Shown: one piece after another, positions 41,114-51,086 of the stretch | Layout: each line of letters starts with the position of its first letter | How positions within the stretch are numbered: the stretch's first letter is position 1 | Source of the DNA: a virus | Lineage: Duplodnaviria; Caudoviricetes | Virus record (IMG/VR): IMGVR_UViG_3300026546_000001 | Span: 64,001-128,000 of that record | Direction: 5' to 3' (one strand) | Length of the DNA: 64,000 nt | Position numbers and translations under genes: made by a program | The notes under the pieces: model-generated | What the model saw: only the letters and a program-made list of their open reading frames with translations | Told to the model about the DNA's origin: nothing | Databases searched by the model: none

Positions 41114-42196
41114 TTACATTTCTTCTATTGAAAAATTTGGTTGTTCATTTCTAATTATTGGAACTACCACTTCTTCACAAAATTCTTTCATATCATTAAA
41201 ATTTACAATAGACATATTATCTTTAGTTGAATGACATAACTGTAATAATTTATAATTTAATTTACCATCTGGTAATCTTGGAAGCGGATTTATAACAATA
41301 CTATCTACACCATATTTTCTTAAAATTATACCATCATGAAATGGTGTAAATAATGTTTCTACACCTGGAAATAATCTTTCTATTCGTTGATATAAATTAG
41401 ATTGTTTATAATCTTCAATGAAGAAATTTTTACCACCAACTGCAGTAAGTTCAAAATTTAAAACAAAATCAATATTACCAAAATATCCTTCATTAATTTT
41501 TTCAGCTGTTCGTTTTGCGCCAATACCACCAATTTCTTCACCATCTGTTAATACAACATTAATTTCAGGCATTAATGTTTTACATGCAATTGCATTAATA
41601 ACTGATGCAGAATTGTCATTACAATTTTCAGATGCGATATTCATAACATCATGATGTGCCATTATCATTTTATCAGAAGATCCCTTAATATAAATATTAA
41701 AAAATGTTCCAGTTGGTTGCTCGCTTAATTTATTCGTTTCTTTTTTAAATTTTATTAACATATTAAGAATACTTTTTTCACGTTTAGATGCATTTCTATT
41801 TTCAGCATTTCTTAACATATGTTTTAACATATTAATATCTAAATCAAACAAATCAAATGCGCGTTTTAATAATCTTTTTTCGTTTTCTTTAAATTGAGGC
41901 GGTATTCTATCATTTTTATCAATTTCTTCATCAACATTATCTTTAGAAAAACCTAAAAAATCACCTAATGTTTTTCTTACAACTCTTCTATCTGTCCACG
42001 TATCTAATTCATATTCAATATTTAATGAATTTAATAAATTCATAATAAATTGAACTCTTGGAGTTGGCTCATCTCCACCGCCACCAGCTTTTGCATTATT
42101 TTTTGTTGCACAGAAATTTCGCAATATTTCATAATTAAAATTATTATGAATAGATTCTGTTAAATAATTATCGAATGTTTTAATTATTTTAGACAT
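41114..42196 (-). CDS. M28-family metallopeptidase
   Basis: AHHD, NDNSAS, DGEEIG, C-terminal H..D. Confidence 0.75.
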   Translation of the reverse strand: MSKIIKTFDNYLTESIHNNFNYEILRNFCATKNNAKAGGGGDEPTPRVQFIMNLLNSLNIEYELDTWTDRRVVRKTLGDFLGFSKDNVDEEIDKNDRIPPQFKENEKRLLKRAFDLFDLDINMLKHMLRNAENRNASKREKSILNMLIKFKKETNKLSEQPTGTFFNIYIKGSSDKMIMAHHDVMNIASENCNDNSASVINAIACKTLMPEINVVLTDGEEIGGIGAKRTAEKINEGYFGNIDFVLNFELTAVGGKNFFIEDYKQSNLYQRIERLFPGVETLFTPFHDGIILRKYGVDSIVINPLPRLPDGKLNYKLLQLCHSTKDNMSIVNFNDMKEFCEEVVVPIIRNEQPNFSIEEM

Positions 42197-42269
42197 AATT
42201 TATTTTTTTAATGTTTTGATATTACAAATATAATAATATTTTATTAATTATAAAAATAATTAAATAAAA

Positions 42270-42412
42270 AAAGAAACTGGACAGCCGATAAGTCTCATGC
42301 CTTTTAAAACACTTTTGGGACCTTTCGTTGTGCGTCTATGTTATTCAAAATATTATAGAGGCGTGTTGTCCTTGAAGTTTGAGTTCCATCTTCAAGTTAG
42401 TCCAGTTTCTTT
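42270..42412. ncRNA. putative structured ncRNA (6S-like architecture), strand unresolved
   Basis: 13-bp terminal inverted repeat AAAGAAACTGGAC/GTCCAGTTTCTTT, two internal hairpins, GC well above background. Confidence 0.55.
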
Positions 42413-42441
42413 ATTAAATTATATATTTATATGTTATTATA

Positions 42442-42714
42442 TCAAATTTCTTCTAATTCTAATTCTTTTTCTTTTACTAATTTTAATACTTCTTCTTTAG
42501 TTACTGCAAATCTTGATAACGCAAACCAACTCCATGGAAATAAATCACTATTATCAATTTCTTCCAATTGACAACCATAAATTCCTTGTTGTGTCATATA
42601 TGCTATTTTAATAATAGTATATTCTTGGCCTTTTTTAATCCATCTTGAAGTTGGAATTTCATTAGGTCTATTTTTGTCATCAATACATATTACTTTCATA
42701 ATATTAAATTCCAT
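42442..42714 (-). CDS. hypothetical protein
   Basis: MKVICID.. ORF overlapping the endonuclease stop; true start probably 42699. Confidence 0.6.
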   Translation of the reverse strand: MEFNIMKVICIDDKNRPNEIPTSRWIKKGQEYTIIKIAYMTQQGIYGCQLEEIDNSDLFPWSWFALSRFAVTKEEVLKLVKEKELELEEI

Positions 42715-44828
42715 TTTAAATTACCTGAATTATATATTCTATAATATCCACGTTCTAACATTATTTCGTGTTCTGTTTTGTTTTTATCAAAACCTTCTTT
42801 TATAAGTTGATCTTTTCTATATTTGAACCTATTTTCACGTATTTCATTTACAACATAAAAATAACCTGGATCAGTTATTTTTTCTAATTTAAAATCTAAC
42901 TTTTCATATAAATTACTATAACCCCAATCTAAATCTTGATACGTAATAATTTTAGCTGGTTTATAATTATAAACAAAATATTTGAATAGTTTATTTAAAC
43001 CACCAACTACATGATATTTTTCTACAAAACGATATAATTCATATTCATGTTCTTTAGATTTTTGATTCATTGACTTTCTTAAATTACCAAATCCAATAAC
43101 AGAAACTAATTCATCATTATAAAATAAACCTAATTTAATTTTAGTTACAATTGAACCTTGTAAATGATATGTATTTAAAAATTCCTTGTATTCTTTAAAG
43201 TTTAGTTCTTTAATTTTACATTTTCTAGCATATAAAACTTTTTCTTTATTAAATATTATTTTAAGTCTGTGTTTAATAATATTTTGTTTTAAATTCCAGT
43301 CATCTTCCCATATTTGTATTAATCGAACTCCTTTTTCATATGCTAAATTCAATTTATTTTGATGATAAAATTTATCCTTGAATAATTCACTATGCCAATA
43401 TATTCCATTCACTTCAATTGCTATATTATATCTTGGAATATAAATGTCTAGTTCTAAAGGTGAAATTATACTTCTATCATTTTTAATATATTTAATATTT
43501 AGTTCATCTAAAAATTCACAAATTTTATTATGAAAACTAGAATACGAATTTATTGGATTACAATTAGTACATAATTCAATATTAAATTTGTTTCGTTGAT
43601 AAGCAAAATAAGAATTCAAAGTGTATTTTTTATTACATTTATTACATTTAAAAGTTATTTCATGATTATCGTAATCTAAATTAACAATATTATATTTTTT
43701 AAAACGACTTAATTGTTTGTTTTCCCATTCAATTTTTTGTTTTTCTTTATATTCATTTGATTGATTATAATGTTCAATACCATAACGTTCTAAATTAGTT
43801 TGTCTAATTTTATTTTGTATTTCTTTAGATTGTAATGGATACTCAACGCCATATCTATCTAAATTAGTTCGCTTTATTTTATCTTGTATTTCTTTAGATT
43901 GATATACATTTTCAACTCCATAACGTTCTAAATTAGTTTGTTTAATTTTATCTTGAAATTCTTTAAGTTGTAACGGATGTTCAACTCCATAACGTTCTAA
44001 ATTAGTTTGTTTAATTTTCTTTTTTATTAATTCTGATTGATATACATTTTCAACACCATAACGTTCTAAATTAGTTTGCTTGTTTTTTTCTTGTATTTCT
44101 TTAGATTGTAATGGATGTTCAACTTCATAACGTTCTAAATTAGTTTGTCTAATTTTATCTTTTATATTTGGATTTAATAATGGATGTGAATAACCAGTAT
44201 TTTTTTTGTACGTGTTGAATGTTTTTTGGTGTATATCTTTATTTTTCCATGGATGTTCAGTTCCATGTCTTTCTAAACTTGTCTTTTTATATGTTTTTTT
44301 ATATTGATCTATATTTTTTTTAAATGATTTAACACGTTTTTCTAATAAAATTTTACTTTTTGCTGGATTATCAACACCATAATGTTTTATCAATGTTTGT
44401 TTACGTTTTTCCTTAATTTTTTCTTTTTCATCATTTGGTTTATTATTAATTGTTTGGCGCTGTTTATTTTTTATTTCATCTAATTTTTGTGGTATTTCAA
44501 CACCATATCGTTTTAAACTAGTTTGTTTACGTTTTTCCTTAGTATATTTTGAACTACTTTGACATTTATTTGAACAAAATGATAAATATCCTAATGTTCT
44601 ATTTTGAAATTTGACAATATTATTACAATTTTCATTTTTACATATTGGAACACTTGTGACATTATTAATCGTATGCCATACTTTTTGACTAAATTTTAAA
44701 TCTTGTAAATTATAAGTGTTACAAAATTCTATAATACTTTGATATATTTCAGGATAATGTTTTTTTAAATATTTTTCTTTTGATAACATACCAGATGGAT
44801 CTGGTTTATTAAATATTGAATAATCCAT
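42696..44828 (-). CDS. Hef-like putative homing endonuclease with 10 x 23-aa repeats and GNAT/Mom-like C-terminus
   Basis: Same domain order as 4257..6104. Confidence 0.75.
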   Translation of the reverse strand: MDYSIFNKPDPSGMLSKEKYLKKHYPEIYQSIIEFCNTYNLQDLKFSQKVWHTINNVTSVPICKNENCNNIVKFQNRTLGYLSFCSNKCQSSSKYTKEKRKQTSLKRYGVEIPQKLDEIKNKQRQTINNKPNDEKEKIKEKRKQTLIKHYGVDNPAKSKILLEKRVKSFKKNIDQYKKTYKKTSLERHGTEHPWKNKDIHQKTFNTYKKNTGYSHPLLNPNIKDKIRQTNLERYEVEHPLQSKEIQEKNKQTNLERYGVENVYQSELIKKKIKQTNLERYGVEHPLQLKEFQDKIKQTNLERYGVENVYQSKEIQDKIKRTNLDRYGVEYPLQSKEIQNKIRQTNLERYGIEHYNQSNEYKEKQKIEWENKQLSRFKKYNIVNLDYDNHEITFKCNKCNKKYTLNSYFAYQRNKFNIELCTNCNPINSYSSFHNKICEFLDELNIKYIKNDRSIISPLELDIYIPRYNIAIEVNGIYWHSELFKDKFYHQNKLNLAYEKGVRLIQIWEDDWNLKQNIIKHRLKIIFNKEKVLYARKCKIKELNFKEYKEFLNTYHLQGSIVTKIKLGLFYNDELVSVIGFGNLRKSMNQKSKEHEYELYRFVEKYHVVGGLNKLFKYFVYNYKPAKIITYQDLDWGYSNLYEKLDFKLEKITDPGYFYVVNEIRENRFKYRKDQLIKEGFDKNKTEHEIMLERGYYRIYNSGNLKWNLIL
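43750..44530 (-). repeat. coding 69-bp repeats; boundaries approximate
   Basis: CGTTCTAAATTAGTTTG at 43786, 43924, 43993, 44062 and 44131 (69-bp period). Confidence 0.9.
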
Positions 44829-44861
44829 AAAATATGTTTTAAAGTATTTGTTAAATTTAAC

Positions 44862-44899
44862 AAAAAAAGTCGAAAAGTTTTAACTTTTCGACTTTTTTT
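44862..44899. terminator. bidirectional intrinsic terminator after the tail sheath gene
   Basis: AAAAAAAGTCGAAAAGTT/AACTTTTCGACTTTTTTT. Confidence 0.8.
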
Positions 44900-44916
44900 A
44901 ACATTTTATTTTTCTT

Positions 44917-47900
44917 TTATTGTTGTAATGTAAAACCACCACTTTGAATTGTACCTGTTCTAAGAATTGTTATGTTATTCACTATTATTCCCATTCCTTT
45001 AATAGGTTCAACATACGTGTCAATAACACCAATTCCAGCATCAATTACATCAGGCGTATTATTTGTTTCATCCATTACGTTTAAATAATCATATAAACCA
45101 TCTTGTGCAACAAATCTAGCACAAATCGCATCTGCTCGTTGTTTTATTTCTGATCTAACTTCAGCAGTGTTAAATCTCCATTGGTATGTTAATAACATGT
45201 TATACATTTCATTTTCAAGTTCAATTAATACTTCACGAACATGAATATTAGATAATGCTGATTTAGGAACTATTGACGCTGTATTATTAGTTTCAATATT
45301 ATAACCTCTATTAAGTTTAAATGTGATTGGATTAGCTCCCATTTCATTTAATTCTGAAATATCATCTCCATCAATATCAACTTCAGTCGCACCAAATCCA
45401 GTTACTAAACCATTTGTAACACCTGCTGCAATAGTCCATGGATAAACGTCTCCTCTACGAGAATTATGTTTATTCATAAATGTATTTGCAACAAACATTG
45501 CTGGTGGAACATTTAATGTTCTTCCATTATCATAAATACTTACATATGGGAAGAAATAAGCAACATTACTTTGTCCTTGACCTTGTCCAAATGTATATCT
45601 AAATGCTGGATTAGATTGTGGATTTCCACCAAGTTTAATGTATTCATAATTTAATGTTCCATCATTATTAATAAATGTTGGATTTGTTGAATGTTTAAAC
45701 GCTTTAGCAGATGGCATATTTAATAATCCAAGTGCATTTAATCTAGCACCGCATAAATCAACCATTTGTTGTTTACTATTATTAGTTAAGCCCAATCCCC
45801 ATGAATCAATTAAATATCTCCATGAAATTTGATTTCTATTAGTTAATCCTTTAAATAATGGTGTACCAGGCGCAAATAAATTTAATATTTCATTTTGACG
45901 TTTTTCAGTTCCATCAGGCATACTATCAAGTCTCATTGTAAATCCATCAAATACTAATGCTTGTAATGTATTTACATAATTATCTACAGAATTTCTACGA
46001 ACAACTTGAATGTCAATATTTGTACTAGGATCTGCATCAAAATATGCTACAGCTGCATCAGTGCTTATTACGGCTAAACTAGGATCAGCTTCCCATATTT
46101 GTCTACTATTAATTCGTGTTAATTTTTTAGGTACATATCCAATTGGTAAATCATTAGGAATTGCTGCTTCTAGAAAATCGCCAACCACTATTTCTCCATA
46201 TCTATTTGCATCAATTAAAAATTGATTTTGTTCAAGAACTGCTTCTATTTCAACAGTTTGTGCAAAATTAGATCTATCAGAAAATACCCATATTGTTTTA
46301 TTATTTTCAGGATCAATTCTTTGTTCACCTGCTGTTTCTAAATCAGGACTATTTACAAAATCAACATATAATTCACTTTGAATACTATACATTTTTAAGT
46401 ATACATATTGATCAGGATTACCATCAAATATATGTACTAATTTATTATATTGAACATATTCATTTACTGCTTCATTAACAATGAATGTTGCTTTATAATC
46501 ATACGTTACACCTAATTTAGTATATTGTCCCATTTCATACGCTACACTTAATAGTGTATATGTTCCTGTATTATTATCAACATCTTGAACATAAATTTTA
46601 TCTCCACCTTGAGCGTCTAATTCAGGAATATTTGATAATGGTCCACTATATTCTCCATCAGGTGCACCATCTCTTGTATACATTACAATAATTGATTGTC
46701 CTAAATCATCTTTAGTAAATTCTATTGCATTAATACCTGAACCATTTGGTATAATATTTTGTAAAAAATAATCACCAGATTTAATTATTCCATCATAATA
46801 ATGTTGATAAAATGTTGATGATTTACTTACAATTCCATAATCAGGAACATTTTCAACAGCTCTCATTCCTATTTCACCAAGTGTAAATGCATCATTTGCA
46901 TAATATAATTCAAAATTGTCTGCAATAACATTTGTAGTAGGAACAGTGATTTTTATATCTTTATTTAGATTATTATCTGTTGTATAACTTACATCAATTA
47001 TTTCAGCTAATGTTCCATCTAATAATTTTACAACTGTTTTTCCAACTGCTACATTAGATCGTATATCATTAAACATTTTTAATGCTCTAAATTTAGTGTA
47101 ATTATTATCAGCATCAGATACGCGTGTATTATTAAATGTTACTAAAACTTCATAACTAGATATGTAATCAACTAATATATCAACTTCTTCAGATCCAGCA
47201 GTACCATGATCTCCACTAGATACAATTTTCCATGTTAAATTATCTAAAAATTCAATATCATTAACATCTGTTACACCTAAGTATAATTCATCTGTTGCAG
47301 TTGATTGTGTTCTTTGTGTTCCAACTTTAACAATTGCTATTGGATATAATACATCAGAAATTGATAATGTAGGTACAACTTCCCATTCAGTCCAATCACT
47401 AACTTCTACACCTGTCATTACGCCAAGTTGTCCTTTTGAATCAATATAAATAGTATCCTTTCTTATTCTATTTTCAGATACATCAGGTATTCCAATTTCT
47501 TGGCCAGACGCAATGTGTAGATCTGATCCATTTAAAACTATTCTTGCTTCATTAGTTAATGTTATTAAACTAACTTTATTTTGTGCTGGATCACTTGATG
47601 GTAAAACATCAAATATTGGACTTACAATCCAAGTTGTTTCAAAAAATCCATTATGTTGAACTTCATTATTATATTCTATTGTTGTATTAAATGCTAATGT
47701 ATTACCAGGACTAACTAATGCTTTTTGTTCAAACGAAACAGTTTCGGTTATAACTTCATTATATGACATAAAATTAATATGATCAGTTTCATTTCCAACT
47801 AATGTATGTCCAATTAAATCAATTAAACCGTTTGGATTATCAGTTTCTAATGCATCTACATCATATGTTACAAATAATCCTGTATAATCTGTATCATTAT

Positions 47901-48738
47901 TAATTACAGTTTCAACATAATAATCAGTGCCATTTTGATCTCTAAAATATGGTATAAGAGATACAGTATAATTTTTCAATGTGTTTACAGATGGATCATT
48001 GACAAAATTATTAAGTTGATCTTTAATTAAACCTTTAGAATTAAAATATCTACTCCATTTAGGATCTACTGATAATGATTTATAATCATTCCAATATCCA
48101 CTTACCACAACAACATCAATCATATAATCACTAATAAGATCATCAAAATACATCCACGATGGAACTTTATCTCTTCCACCATACCAGTCTTCTGCTTTAA
48201 TATCAAAACCAGATATATCAGATTTATAAATAAAAACACTTATTGGTTTATCTGACATATTTGTAAAACTAAGAATCTTAGTTTTTTCTGTTGGTTGTGT
48301 TTTATCAACATTAAATTGAAATGCTTCTGTGTCTCTTAACCAAAATTCATTTTTATCAAAAAAACTTGAATAAGGATCAGAAAAAATTGATGAATTTTCA
48401 ACAGAAGAAGATAATGAAACCGATTGCCATTGTAATAAATCAAGTTCATCATCAGTTTTTAATAAATTTAATGCCCATATAGGTGATTGATTTATAACTT
48501 GTTGTATTGTTCTATGAAAATAATTACCCTTTTTTTCCAATGTTCTATCTATATCACCAAATATAGATACAAATTCTTGATATGAATTTACAAGTACAGG
48601 TCTGTTTATAGGTCCTTTCTTACTAAATCCAATAACCAAGTTTATAAGAGTGTCTTGTACTGGAGTTATTTGTGTTGTTTTGTTTATTTCTTGAATATAA
48701 ATTCCAGGACGTCTAAATTTAGATATTTGAATTGCCAT
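44917..48738 (-). CDS. contractile tail sheath protein (T4 gp18-like), enlarged
   Basis: RPGIYIQEI..IGFSKKGPIN N-terminus; ALSNIHVRE, FNT, DETNNTPDVID..VEP C-terminus. Confidence 0.9.
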   Translation of the reverse strand: MAIQISKFRRPGIYIQEINKTTQITPVQDTLINLVIGFSKKGPINRPVLVNSYQEFVSIFGDIDRTLEKKGNYFHRTIQQVINQSPIWALNLLKTDDELDLLQWQSVSLSSSVENSSIFSDPYSSFFDKNEFWLRDTEAFQFNVDKTQPTEKTKILSFTNMSDKPISVFIYKSDISGFDIKAEDWYGGRDKVPSWMYFDDLISDYMIDVVVVSGYWNDYKSLSVDPKWSRYFNSKGLIKDQLNNFVNDPSVNTLKNYTVSLIPYFRDQNGTDYYVETVINNDTDYTGLFVTYDVDALETDNPNGLIDLIGHTLVGNETDHINFMSYNEVITETVSFEQKALVSPGNTLAFNTTIEYNNEVQHNGFFETTWIVSPIFDVLPSSDPAQNKVSLITLTNEARIVLNGSDLHIASGQEIGIPDVSENRIRKDTIYIDSKGQLGVMTGVEVSDWTEWEVVPTLSISDVLYPIAIVKVGTQRTQSTATDELYLGVTDVNDIEFLDNLTWKIVSSGDHGTAGSEEVDILVDYISSYEVLVTFNNTRVSDADNNYTKFRALKMFNDIRSNVAVGKTVVKLLDGTLAEIIDVSYTTDNNLNKDIKITVPTTNVIADNFELYYANDAFTLGEIGMRAVENVPDYGIVSKSSTFYQHYYDGIIKSGDYFLQNIIPNGSGINAIEFTKDDLGQSIIVMYTRDGAPDGEYSGPLSNIPELDAQGGDKIYVQDVDNNTGTYTLLSVAYEMGQYTKLGVTYDYKATFIVNEAVNEYVQYNKLVHIFDGNPDQYVYLKMYSIQSELYVDFVNSPDLETAGEQRIDPENNKTIWVFSDRSNFAQTVEIEAVLEQNQFLIDANRYGEIVVGDFLEAAIPNDLPIGYVPKKLTRINSRQIWEADPSLAVISTDAAVAYFDADPSTNIDIQVVRRNSVDNYVNTLQALVFDGFTMRLDSMPDGTEKRQNEILNLFAPGTPLFKGLTNRNQISWRYLIDSWGLGLTNNSKQQMVDLCGARLNALGLLNMPSAKAFKHSTNPTFINNDGTLNYEYIKLGGNPQSNPAFRYTFGQGQGQSNVAYFFPYVSIYDNGRTLNVPPAMFVANTFMNKHNSRRGDVYPWTIAAGVTNGLVTGFGATEVDIDGDDISELNEMGANPITFKLNRGYNIETNNTASIVPKSALSNIHVREVLIELENEMYNMLLTYQWRFNTAEVRSEIKQRADAICARFVAQDGLYDYLNVMDETNNTPDVIDAGIGVIDTYVEPIKGMGIIVNNITILRTGTIQSGGFTLQQ

Positions 48739-48804
48739 CTGTAATTAATTAATTTTATTATATATATTTATTTTTTTAAAGATTTTTGTACATATTTATA
48801 TAGT

Positions 48805-51033
48805 TTATATTATTTTATGAATTTTACTAAAATATGTATTAAATAAATCTTTTCCGCTTTCTGTTTTTGTTAAAATTTTATATATTGAATGCTTTAATAA
48901 TATATTATGAATTGTAGCATTATATGTATAAGTTGTTTTAACTGTATTAGATAAATAAGCATCTGTTAATTTTTCATACATAAATGCATTAACTTCTTCA
49001 GGTCTATTTATATTTTCTGAATAACGCGTTCCAATTAATTTAGTCAATCTATTTTTACAATATTCTAATATATTTTTAACTAAATTTATATATTTTAATT
49101 CATTTTCATTTGAAATCTCATCACTAAACGCTATATCAGTTATAAATTGTACTTCCTTATCCCAATTATTATCTTTTATTAATTTTAATCCATAATCTTT
49201 TCGATACAAATAAATTAAATCTGCAGTAGCTTTAAACATAATTGGTAAAGATACAGTATGTTCTATATTTAAATATCGTATATATATTAAATTGTTTTTA
49301 TTAGAATTATAATATACATTTAATAATTCAGTTTTAAAATTATTTACTGATGATATTGCAACATTTGCATCATATGAACCTGGTATTTCTTTTATAAATA
49401 AACCATCACCATATGACTGTATTATGTAATTTTCAAGTTCTTTATTATTTAATAAATTTTTATTTTTAAGATCTAATATTATAAAAATTAAACGTTTTGG
49501 TAATAACATATTTACCATATTTCTACTTTTAATTACATCATATTTTGGAGATGTGAAAAATTCTTTTGCTATATTTAATATTTCAGGCGTCGTATGTTCT
49601 TGTATTAATAAAATTGGTAACATTAATAAAAAATTATCAATTGATTTAGAACTAAATTCATAAATTTCATTAACTAATTCATTATTTCTTAATATAACAG
49701 TGTAATTACCTCGTACTATTTTATTATAAACATTTAATATATTTTTAATGAAATTATTAACAATTATATCATTTTTATTTTCAATTGCTTTAACATATGA
49801 TGTTTTTTCATTTATATTATTAATATTTAAAAAAATTAATATTTTATTTAATGTTATATTATTAACATCAAATGCTGAAATTTTTAAATTAAAAATACTA
49901 CGAACTAAAATATCTATACTAGATATTTCAAAATTATGTTTTACTAATGTTGCAACGTTTTCATTTGCATCATTAAATGCGTCAATTTCAACTTTTTCAA
50001 TACTAGAATCTAATATTTTATTTAATGATATATTATTACTTTGTGGATATGTTGTAACGCCAAATCTATAAATTGGATCAGTTATTAAATTATTAGGACT
50101 AACGTAAGGTTTTAATGTTGAAGTGTAATGTGGATTAGTCCAATTTATTGGTACTATAGCATCGTATGGAGATATTAATTTATCTTTAGGTATTTCTTTT
50201 TCGTTAGGATTTTCTTCTCTTAATTGTTTAATTTTGTTTAACACATCTTCTTTAGATAATCCATCAAAATTAAATTCAGTATGTTTAAAAACTGGATCAA
50301 TTCTTTTTGATGCTCGTCGTTTTATTTCATTGAAAATATCTTTTTTAATAAAAATGTATTGTATATTATCATCATCACCTAAATGTTTTTCAAAATAATT
50401 AAAAGATTTTATACACCAAATTGGTGAAATCCAATGTAATATTGCATTCATGTCAGGTACCCATAGATCTTTATCTTTATCATATTTTGCAGCTATAATT
50501 ATATTATATCCAAGAGTATTTAATATTTTTCTTAATTTTTGTAATAATTTTTTTTTCTCTTCAATTGATATATTATAAAACATGTCATTTTTTTGTTTTG
50601 AAAATGTTACATATTCAATAATATTATCATTTAAAATATCAATACCAGGTATTTCATTAACATATGGTAATGATGTAATAGTTAATAATGATTTTAAATA
50701 ATCTATAGGTTTACGATTAATATTTTTATCAATATTAACTATTATATTTTGTCTTTTTAATATTGATAAATAATTTAATATTGGTAATACATAATCATTA
50801 ATATATTCTTCAACATTTTGAAATTTGTCTATTTCATCATAATAATGCTTAATAAAATAATATGCATAATTTACATTTTTACCTAATGAATTTATTATTT
50901 TTTGATAATCAGAATTTGGATCAGTTCTATTAAAATTGCTAGGTAATTTACCTTGTTTTTTTAAATTTTCAATATATGTTTTAGCTGCACTTATATTTTC
51001 ATTTACAGATTTTAAAAACATTTCATTTTTCAC
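48805..51033 (-). CDS. large hypothetical protein
   Basis: 742-aa ORF, late-type promoter motif, N-terminal FLKSVNE. Confidence 0.7.
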   Translation of the reverse strand: MKNEMFLKSVNENISAAKTYIENLKKQGKLPSNFNRTDPNSDYQKIINSLGKNVNYAYYFIKHYYDEIDKFQNVEEYINDYVLPILNYLSILKRQNIIVNIDKNINRKPIDYLKSLLTITSLPYVNEIPGIDILNDNIIEYVTFSKQKNDMFYNISIEEKKKLLQKLRKILNTLGYNIIIAAKYDKDKDLWVPDMNAILHWISPIWCIKSFNYFEKHLGDDDNIQYIFIKKDIFNEIKRRASKRIDPVFKHTEFNFDGLSKEDVLNKIKQLREENPNEKEIPKDKLISPYDAIVPINWTNPHYTSTLKPYVSPNNLITDPIYRFGVTTYPQSNNISLNKILDSSIEKVEIDAFNDANENVATLVKHNFEISSIDILVRSIFNLKISAFDVNNITLNKILIFLNINNINEKTSYVKAIENKNDIIVNNFIKNILNVYNKIVRGNYTVILRNNELVNEIYEFSSKSIDNFLLMLPILLIQEHTTPEILNIAKEFFTSPKYDVIKSRNMVNMLLPKRLIFIILDLKNKNLLNNKELENYIIQSYGDGLFIKEIPGSYDANVAISSVNNFKTELLNVYYNSNKNNLIYIRYLNIEHTVSLPIMFKATADLIYLYRKDYGLKLIKDNNWDKEVQFITDIAFSDEISNENELKYINLVKNILEYCKNRLTKLIGTRYSENINRPEEVNAFMYEKLTDAYLSNTVKTTYTYNATIHNILLKHSIYKILTKTESGKDLFNTYFSKIHKII

Positions 51034-51086
51034 TATTAGTAATAAATTAAATTTTAATTATATATTAAACTATTTTAATATTAATA

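Noticed and set aside
42270-42412. Retron msr-msd, tRNA or hammerhead ribozyme
   Set aside because: Terminal inverted repeats would fit a retron, but there is no reverse transcriptase in the window; no cloverleaf and no CUGAnGA core
42297-42500. 67-aa ORF
   Set aside because: Atypical composition; overlaps the structured element and a gene on the opposite strand
43750-44530. 69-bp periodic repeats as a CRISPR array
   Set aside because: In-frame coding repeats with codon-type variation, no unique spacers and no cas operon
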